Part shown: positions 57,464-64,000 of the stretch, in pieces
How the letters are laid out: each line of letters starts with the position of its first letter
Numbering within the stretch: position 1 is the stretch's first letter
DNA from: an uncultured virus (IMG/VR IMGVR_UViG_3300033141_005858)
Taxonomy: Duplodnaviria; Heunggongvirae; Uroviricota; Caudoviricetes
DNA: 64,000 nucleotides
Direction: 5' to 3' (one strand)
Virus record (IMG/VR): IMGVR_UViG_3300033141_005858
The notes under the pieces: model-generated
The model's database searches: none
Seen by the model: only the letters and a program-made list of their open reading frames with translations
Told to the model about the DNA's origin: nothing
Made by a program: the position numbers and the translations under genes

Positions 57464-58407
57464 AATAAACCTTCCAAAATTTCTATTGCTTTTTCCTTCA
57501 CCTTCACTTCAATATCCATGTTTTTAATTTTATTTATAATATAATCATTATCCAAACCCCCGGATAACTCCATATTTTCTACATAATCTATTAAATCTTG
57601 AGCCTTCTTCCCAGCCTGCTTCTCCTCCTCTCTAGCCTCTAAATCAAACACATCCTCCGCTTTTTTATATTTTAACTTTTTAAATTCCACCTTCTCTGTA
57701 TTTTTATCTTTAACAGTAATTAAAGAATAACCCACTGCACGATCTAAAGATTCGTCTTCTCTTAAAACTCCTCTTGACAAAGAACCAGGAGCAGCCACAT
57801 ACAAAGACTGCCCACTCTTTTTAACCGCACCATGAAACTGCTGATCATGAAGATGACCTAATAAAATTAAATTAAATAAATCAAAAAACTTCGTAGAAAG
57901 AGAGATAGTAGGAAAAGGATATTTCTTTTTAGCCACCTTAATAGATGAATGAAACACTCCCACAGAAAAAACCGACTGTTTCTTAATTCCATTCAAATAC
58001 TTTTTAAATTCTTCAAAAGAAAAATAATCTCCTCCCCCAAAAAAGATAAACCTAACCCCCCGATTAACTACCTCTGCTTGTAAAACCACATCTACATTAG
58101 GCAATTTATTCAAAGCATAAACATGATTCCACTCAAGTTCTTCATGAGTCTTATCAAAATCATGGTTACCAGCAAGAATTATCAAATTCCCCAGTTCTCG
58201 ATAAATCTCTGCAAGCTTATTCCATAATTTAAAAGAAGCTGGTTTTTTCGAGTGGAACACATCTCCACCATGGATAACCAAATCACACTTCTTCGCTGGC
58301 TCAATTAATTGTTCTTGTTTATCCAAAAGATCCTCCATATAGGTTTCAACCCTAGACCTAGGAGCCCTTTCAGCATTATGAGGATCTGTAAAAAATAAAA
58401 TCTTCAC
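57460..58407 (-). CDS. sbcD: SbcD/Mre11-like nuclease
   Basis: DPH, GGDVFH, GNHD, GHLH and PGSL motifs. Confidence 0.88.
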   Translation of the reverse strand: MKILFFTDPHNAERAPRSRVETYMEDLLDKQEQLIEPAKKCDLVIHGGDVFHSKKPASFKLWNKLAEIYRELGNLIILAGNHDFDKTHEELEWNHVYALNKLPNVDVVLQAEVVNRGVRFIFFGGGDYFSFEEFKKYLNGIKKQSVFSVGVFHSSIKVAKKKYPFPTISLSTKFFDLFNLILLGHLHDQQFHGAVKKSGQSLYVAAPGSLSRGVLREDESLDRAVGYSLITVKDKNTEKVEFKKLKYKKAEDVFDLEAREEEKQAGKKAQDLIDYVENMELSGGLDNDYIINKIKNMDIEVKVKEKAIEILEGLL

Positions 58408-59336
58408 TTTTCAATCTCCAAAATTGATATTTCATAACCACACTTCGGACAAGGAAATTTCATCTTTTCTTTTAAATTATCCAATTTCTTTTTCATTTCT
58501 TTCATTTTTTGGATCATCAAAACTTCTTCATCCGCCAAAGCAGTTTCTTCATCCAAACCCTTCCTTGTTGTTTTCAAATGTTCCAAAAGTTTAATTAACT
58601 TATCTAAATTTTTCCATTCCTCTACCGCAACCCATTTAAACTCACTTTTTAAAATCTCCTCGTTTTCTTTAATCAAATTATTTATTTCAGACAGCCGCTC
58701 CACTACCCGATAACCTTTCTGTAACCTTTCTCCTGAAAGTTTCAGCTTCTGCAAAGAATCTAAAACAGAATCCCAATCAACTTCTTGCCTCTCTTTTAAC
58801 CTCTCTAAAAATTCTTGAAGACCACGAATATCCGCAGATTTTTGATTCCGTTCTCTATTAGCACACTGGATTCCATCTAATAAAATATTCGAAATTAACC
58901 ATCCCAACAACTTAGCCCGCTTTCCTGAAGATTCAAAAATTAAAAACAAAGGATCAAATTGACCATGAAAATTAGGATAAAAAGAACCACCAAATACATC
59001 AATTGAATCTAGTTTTATTATCTTTTTTAACGCATCCGGTAAACTATTACATCTTCTCCAAACTTTTCCTTTAAAAGAATAACGTGAACTTTTATCTTTT
59101 TCCTTTATCCACTCAATCGGCTCATTTAAATCATCCAAAAAGAATGCTACTTTAACCTTTTTTTCTCCCTTAGAAATAAAATCATCTCCTCGCTCGGCTG
59201 TAACAAAACCTTTCAATGCCCTATAAAAAGCCGACTTGCCTACATTAGTTTCTCCATAAATAACCGTAAAAGCACCTAACTCAACCTTTACATCATACAA
59301 ACTTTGATACCCTTGAACTTCTATTCGTTTTATCAT
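58404..59336 (-). CDS. SbcC/Rad50 N-terminal half (Walker A, Q-loop, coiled coil, Zn hook)
   Basis: GETNVGKS, GQFD and terminal CPKCG; start moved to MIKRIE. Confidence 0.85.
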   Translation of the reverse strand: MIKRIEVQGYQSLYDVKVELGAFTVIYGETNVGKSAFYRALKGFVTAERGDDFISKGEKKVKVAFFLDDLNEPIEWIKEKDKSSRYSFKGKVWRRCNSLPDALKKIIKLDSIDVFGGSFYPNFHGQFDPLFLIFESSGKRAKLLGWLISNILLDGIQCANRERNQKSADIRGLQEFLERLKERQEVDWDSVLDSLQKLKLSGERLQKGYRVVERLSEINNLIKENEEILKSEFKWVAVEEWKNLDKLIKLLEHLKTTRKGLDEETALADEEVLMIQKMKEMKKKLDNLKEKMKFPCPKCGYEISILEIEK

Positions 59337-59354
59337 TCTCTCTCCACTTAAAAC

Positions 59355-59388
59355 CTGGGGGTCCCCCACGCACCAAAGAGACCCCCAG
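59355..59388 (-). terminator. Rho-independent terminator
   Basis: CTGGGGGTC...GACCCCCAG stem followed by GTTTT on the minus strand. Confidence 0.65.
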
Positions 59389-59413
59389 CCCTAATATAAA
59401 AAGGAGGCAAAAC

Positions 59414-60436
59414 CTAAAAAGGTCTTTTACACCTAGCACAACGCTCAGTATGAGAAGCAAGAAAACCACCAATTCTTTGCAAATCATACACCTCATTTCG
59501 ATTCTCGTAAGTATGAGTTACTGAAGTAACTGCATTCATTAACTGATACAAATTCTTAGGGTTCTTTTCAACTACCTTATTCAAAATAGCTTCCCTTGCC
59601 TTTCTATTAACATTCATTTGATCAAATACATGAGTAATATAAGGAGGAATATCCTCATTAGAAATCTTTTGCTCTGTCAAATTTCGAACTTTTTCAACCT
59701 CAGCATTAAGCGCAACCACAGCATTATTAATACCATCTTCAATCCAATCATCCTGCCCATCAAATCCAGACTTTCTATTATAAGTATAAACCTCATCTAT
59801 ACTAGTCATACCATTCAAACAAGCTAGTGTCAAAAGAAAAGCAGAAATCCTAAAAGGAAACTCACCAAGCAGTGAATTCCTAATTTTAACGCCTCCATAC
59901 AAAATATCTCCCTTCTTAGCATCCTTATCATTAATATCAAACACATGATCAGGAAATACCAAACCAAAGGTAGAATTTCGCCAGCTTACATCTTCAAGAC
60001 CTTCAACTAAATAACCAGATTGTACTTTATCCACCACCGAAAAAATTCTAGAAATCGGATAATAATAAGCATCCGGTCTAGCAAACCCCGAAATCCTATC
60101 AGCTCCTGTTGTTTTCTTAATAAAACCTTTCACCTCTTTATCCCCAACAGACAACCAATAAACTAAATGAGGAAACAACAAATTACTAGGCACCTTACGA
60201 ACATAAGTATGAGGAATACCTAATAACCGATTCAACTTAATGAAAGCATCCAAACCAACTTCATACTCCTTACCACGATAATTCATAAGATAATGATCAC
60301 CTTTATTAGGATGCTCCTGAAATTGAACCTTGCCAGAAAACACCATCTCTTCACAGCTCTCATACTGGGATACTTTTTCTAAAGCATCCTCCTTCGATAA
60401 AAGATTCTTTTTTAACTTTTCAAGTCCGACACTCAT
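59414..60436 (-). CDS. DUF932-like phage protein
   Basis: L...LGIP..Y, GV.I.NS..G...I.A.L..L.C.NGM and LY.L.NAVT motifs. Confidence 0.7.
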   Translation of the reverse strand: MSVGLEKLKKNLLSKEDALEKVSQYESCEEMVFSGKVQFQEHPNKGDHYLMNYRGKEYEVGLDAFIKLNRLLGIPHTYVRKVPSNLLFPHLVYWLSVGDKEVKGFIKKTTGADRISGFARPDAYYYPISRIFSVVDKVQSGYLVEGLEDVSWRNSTFGLVFPDHVFDINDKDAKKGDILYGGVKIRNSLLGEFPFRISAFLLTLACLNGMTSIDEVYTYNRKSGFDGQDDWIEDGINNAVVALNAEVEKVRNLTEQKISNEDIPPYITHVFDQMNVNRKAREAILNKVVEKNPKNLYQLMNAVTSVTHTYENRNEVYDLQRIGGFLASHTERCARCKRPF

Positions 60437-61473
60437 TCTTTTTCCTCCTTTTTTAATCTTCTAACCAATTCATTCTTGACATCAGTTAAAAGTAAATTAC
60501 CAATCTCAGGCTCTCTAGAAAAATAAAGCCTTAAATTCTCTAAACCTCTCTCTTTATGCCCCTCGGCATCATCACCACTATACTTTTCATCTAAACGATA
60601 AACTCCTCCTCTTCCTTTTCTAATCCACCCAAAAAACTCAGCTATCTTAATAGCACTCATTATATTATCTATACCTGCATTCATACGTAAATACAAAATT
60701 CCTTTAACATAACTTGGAGCAAATTTATTTTTAATCACCTTAGCTCGAATTTCAACTGTGGTTACTCGCTTTTCACGTTTCCCGGACAACGGACTTTCTT
60801 CGGTTGTTTCAATACTCCCTTTAGGTTGCAATTGTAAACGAATAGCCGCATAAAACTTAACAGCAAAACCACCAGGCGTTGTCTTCATGCCTCCAATACC
60901 TCCACTAATCTTAGCTCTTTCTTGGTTCATAAAAACAAGACAATTCTTCGATTTCCTTAAAACATTTGTCATCTGCTTTAAAGCCACAGACATCACACTT
61001 GCAGTACTTGCAATCTTAACCTGTCCTATAACCTCTTTCATCTTTTCAATATCCCCAATCGGAGGCATCGCAGCCAAACTATCAACCACAATTAAACCTT
61101 TAGAAAAATTTTCACAAAACCTCTTAATTATCATCCAACCATCTTCTAAACTATTAGGAGTAACCTTAACATCTTTAAGTCTTGCCTTTCCAATCTCTAA
61201 CCGCTCAATCTGCTCATCACTCACAGTTGTTTCATAATCTTCAAATAACACAGGTCTACCCTCATTCAAAGCATCTCTAATAGCACACAAACCTAAAGTA
61301 GTTTTCCCTACACCCTCAGGACCAAACATCTCTACAATTGAACCAAGAGGCAGACCTCCAATTCCAGTTAAAATATCAATTATAAAACTACCACTAGATA
61401 TAACCTCTCCTTTAAAACCAGAATCGAAGATCTCTGCCCCAAATTCGGTTTCTATTTCTTCTCTCCAGCCCAT
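60433..61473 (-). CDS. recA: RecA recombinase
   Basis: SGS..ID...GIGGLP.G.IVE.FGPEG.GKTT, VVDSLAA, NQ.R.KI, TPGG.A.KFYA.IR and KNK.AP motifs. Confidence 0.95.
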   Translation of the reverse strand: MGWREEIETEFGAEIFDSGFKGEVISSGSFIIDILTGIGGLPLGSIVEMFGPEGVGKTTLGLCAIRDALNEGRPVLFEDYETTVSDEQIERLEIGKARLKDVKVTPNSLEDGWMIIKRFCENFSKGLIVVDSLAAMPPIGDIEKMKEVIGQVKIASTASVMSVALKQMTNVLRKSKNCLVFMNQERAKISGGIGGMKTTPGGFAVKFYAAIRLQLQPKGSIETTEESPLSGKREKRVTTVEIRAKVIKNKFAPSYVKGILYLRMNAGIDNIMSAIKIAEFFGWIRKGRGGVYRLDEKYSGDDAEGHKERGLENLRLYFSREPEIGNLLLTDVKNELVRRLKKEEKE

Positions 61474-61474
61474 T

Positions 61475-62338
61475 TTAATCTTCTATATCATCTAAAAAAC
61501 TCAATTCATCTTCTTCATTATCATCAACATTAGGAACTTCACTGTCTTCTTTTCCCTTAAAACCCTCTTCCTCTTCAAAAATATCAGTAGACACATCTGC
61601 TTGAGCCCTTCCTATTTCTTCTTCAGCCTCTTCCCGCGGGGGAAGCTCAGCCCCTCCTCTCATCTGCTCTCTTCGTTCTAGAGTAGAAAACCGCCTTTCC
61701 AAAGCCTCTTCAGACATTGTCTGACCTAAACAATCAGCCAACTTATATTTAGGAGCCTCTTCTTTATAAAAAGCCTTAACTTCTTTAGCAGCCGACGTCC
61801 ACAAAGCATCCCGCTTTACACCGATAGAAAGATTTTGATATTTTTCATCTTCACAAGTTAATGTCAAATCATGACCAGCTAATCTGCCTTTATCATCTCC
61901 CCATTCCTTTACTACCTCTTGAAGCCTCCAATACTTTCGGTTATCCAAAATCCAAATCTCTAACCAATATTTAAGACCGCCCGGTGAAGGTTTTCCATTC
62001 AAATCTGTTTTATACCGTAGAACTCGCATCGCAAACCGTCTCTGTGGTAACTTTATCCTAGAATTACCACCAGCCATCATCCTACAAAGTGGGCATAAAT
62101 CTGGATCTCCTCCTTCATCCTCAATCTTTAACAAATCCTGCACCGTTTTTGCTTTACTTATAGCATGACAATGCACATAACCAACATTCTGAACAAAATG
62201 CCTTATAGTAGCTTCCCAATCCGAAGTAGTTAAAATGTTAATCCTTGCTACCTCACCATTCTGCAATTCTAGTTTTGGAAACTGACCTCCTTTTGTTTCA
62301 ACCGGAGCCTCGCCTCCATTAAATTTAATAGTAGTCAT
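61475..62338 (-). CDS. Single-stranded DNA-binding protein (gp32-like)
   Basis: H...C...CPLC Zn ligands, DL.L.C....Q motif and a strongly acidic C-terminal tail. Confidence 0.7.
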   Translation of the reverse strand: MTTIKFNGGEAPVETKGGQFPKLELQNGEVARINILTTSDWEATIRHFVQNVGYVHCHAISKAKTVQDLLKIEDEGGDPDLCPLCRMMAGGNSRIKLPQRRFAMRVLRYKTDLNGKPSPGGLKYWLEIWILDNRKYWRLQEVVKEWGDDKGRLAGHDLTLTCEDEKYQNLSIGVKRDALWTSAAKEVKAFYKEEAPKYKLADCLGQTMSEEALERRFSTLERREQMRGGAELPPREEAEEEIGRAQADVSTDIFEEEEGFKGKEDSEVPNVDDNEEDELSFLDDIED

Positions 62339-62349
62339 TATAAACCTCC

Positions 62350-62754
62350 TTAATCATCAAAATGACCTTGTCCCGATATTCGCATATCGACCTTTATTAA
62401 TTCTATTTCATAAAAAAGCATCCGCTCAAGTTCTCGCAAAACTCCTCTCAGAATAGAAATCTGCTTTTCTGCCCGCTTCAACTCAATATAAGAATCAGAA
62501 CCTTTTAAAATAAGAATCTTTTCTCTTTCATTAAAATGATAACCTTTCATAATAAGCCTTTTAGCTTCACCCTCTATATCCAATTTTTCTTCTTCTTCGC
62601 TCAGCTTTAAATGTATCTCTAACTCTTTCTGTGCAAGCCACATTAAAAAAGAACGAGTAGCTGATAACCTATTAGATAAACATTGAGGAGTCCTTTCAAA
62701 ATCCAAATCTTCTAACGTTTTTTTAAATTTACTAAAAGCACTATTTAAGTCCAC
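62350..62754 (-). CDS. Coiled-coil hypothetical protein
   Basis: ORF in the operon. Confidence 0.6.
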   Translation of the reverse strand: MDLNSAFSKFKKTLEDLDFERTPQCLSNRLSATRSFLMWLAQKELEIHLKLSEEEEKLDIEGEAKRLIMKGYHFNEREKILILKGSDSYIELKRAEKQISILRGVLRELERMLFYEIELIKVDMRISGQGHFDD

Positions 62755-63082
62755 TTAAAGCCTCCTTAACTTTAGATCTCAGCTCTTTCGATAAAACCCC
62801 AAAAATTGCTTTCGTTTCCTTCTGCTTCGTCTCCTTAGTAATAAAACCAATAGCATACTGATATAAAAGACCCTGATAAACAACAAGTGTATTCATTAAA
62901 AGCATCTTGTCTAATAATGTACATCCTTCCCAAACCTTCTCATTCACATCAGATTCATCCAACTCAAAATATGCAGTATGCTGTTCAAATTCTCGCTGAC
63001 CCGGCAAACTTACTTTATTTGATACTTTCATTAAACATCTCCAAACTTTTTTCTTTTTTGTTGCATGTATTGGATTAACCAA
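62741..63082 (-). CDS. Hypothetical protein
   Basis: True start likely MKVSNK. Confidence 0.6.
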   Translation of the reverse strand: MVNPIHATKKKKVWRCLMKVSNKVSLPGQREFEQHTAYFELDESDVNEKVWEGCTLLDKMLLMNTLVVYQGLLYQYAIGFITKETKQKETKAIFGVLSKELRSKVKEALSGLK

Positions 63083-63783
63083 AATTGATCCTTAATTAAA
63101 TTCTTCCGGTAAACTGCCATGTACTCTAAAACAACTTCTCTGATTTTAAGATCCGGAACTGTAAATAACTTCGAAAGAAGCCGGTTAGGATTAATTTCTT
63201 CTGTCCGCTTAAATATAGGCAAATGCTGAGCTTTCCCTAACCTACTAGAAACATGTAAAATCTTTGTGTATGGAATAAAGCTTCTTAAAAAAGTATAATT
63301 TGACACCCCTGTATCCAAATGAGAAAAATCAATACATAAACCTAAAAAATCTCCTTCTAAATACTTCCCATACTTCCCCACCGCATAAACAGGATCTGCC
63401 AATGAATTTCTTTTTCTACTTTTTGCAGGAAAGTTCTCTAAGCATAAAGTATACAATCCATTATTAACAACGGTTTCCACAACTTCATCCATCTCATATA
63501 TCCAAGGATGAATAACAAATAAATCCACATTAAACATTTCGCTTAAATTAGTAACCACCCCATCAGGTCGAAAATCAAGTGCTCCTAATCCATTAGGCAA
63601 ATGAATAGATGTTATGTTATCCTCATAATCTCCTATCAAACTCGGAGCCAAATCCAAATCATTTCTCGCATGAAAACTCAAATGCACATTAAAATCATAA
63701 CTATCTATTACAGATTTTACAAACTGTACATCTGCTTCATCCTTCACAAACACACCCACACTTGGCTTCATTTTATTTTTCAT
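63031..63783 (-). CDS. Xylose-isomerase/AP-endonuclease-2-like TIM barrel protein
   Basis: SIHLP, VIHP, LEN, CIDFSH, LHVS, QHLP and VLEY motifs. Confidence 0.75.
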   Translation of the reverse strand: MKNKMKPSVGVFVKDEADVQFVKSVIDSYDFNVHLSFHARNDLDLAPSLIGDYEDNITSIHLPNGLGALDFRPDGVVTNLSEMFNVDLFVIHPWIYEMDEVVETVVNNGLYTLCLENFPAKSRKRNSLADPVYAVGKYGKYLEGDFLGLCIDFSHLDTGVSNYTFLRSFIPYTKILHVSSRLGKAQHLPIFKRTEEINPNRLLSKLFTVPDLKIREVVLEYMAVYRKNLIKDQFWLIQYMQQKRKKFGDV

Positions 63784-63979
63784 GGAACTTCCTCCTCCAA
63801 GCTTCGTCTATCTCATTAATAGCTCGTTTAATATTTACTTCTCCCGGAAGTATTATTCTCCTTTGTGCTTTCTGCCGCCCTTCCATCACAGCCCCAAACA
63901 TATCCTCAACAAATTTAACTACCCTTTCCTTATTTACGGTCTGCTGAACCCGCTCAAACTGCTCATCCGTAATCTGCAA
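63773..63979 (-). CDS. Hypothetical protein
   Basis: ORF with a GAGG RBS. Confidence 0.55.
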   Translation of the reverse strand: MQITDEQFERVQQTVNKERVVKFVEDMFGAVMEGRQKAQRRIILPGEVNIKRAINEIDEAWRRKFHEK

Positions 63980-64000
63980 AGCCTCTAACCAATCAATATA

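Larger units (their letters stand above)
1..64000. mobile_element. Tailed dsDNA bacteriophage genome segment (siphovirus-like)
   Basis: Terminase, portal, protease, capsid, tail tube, tape measure and phage replication genes in canonical order. No host housekeeping operons or integrase seen. Confidence 0.97.

Noticed and set aside
1..64000. tRNA/rRNA genes, integrase, introns or inteins
   Set aside because: None recognised by eye; terL, dnaB and recA are of normal length. A tRNAscan/Infernal run would be needed to exclude small RNAs.

Overview
This is a 64-kb segment of a tailed dsDNA bacteriophage genome (siphovirus-like). Almost all genes are on the minus strand. Bacterial RBS and sigma70 signals, sigma54-like and IHF-like sites and several Fe-S enzymes suggest an anaerobic bacterial host (inference). 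From left to right: (1) three plus-strand genes, a terminator and a repeat-rich non-coding region (1-1.7 kb); (2) about 40 small early-type hypothetical genes (1.7-16.5 kb); (3) CHC2 zinc-finger, DnaB and SNF2 helicase genes; (4) a putative non-canonical lysis pair; (5) a tail, head and packaging module (fibres, hub, Dit, tape measure, frameshifted chaperones, tube, gpE-like capsid, Mu-like protease and portal, terminase); (6) a replication/recombination block (DnaX, B12-type radical SAM, UDG4, resolvase, methyltransferase, split SbcC, beta clamp, SbcD, RecA, SSB). Two features stand out. First, a radical SAM/SPASM maturase sits inside the tail module next to two ~257-259-aa Cys-every-third-residue repeat domains, one fused to the tail hub protein. 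The repeats show a strong C-x3-[DENQ] register, suggesting thioether cross-linking of virion tail proteins. Second, a four-unit dual-repeat array with 9-nt spacers and a 36-nt period at 20617-20759 matches TIGR (tandem interspaced guide RNA) architecture, but no Tas gene is recognisable in the window. All calls are by eye; no database searches were run.
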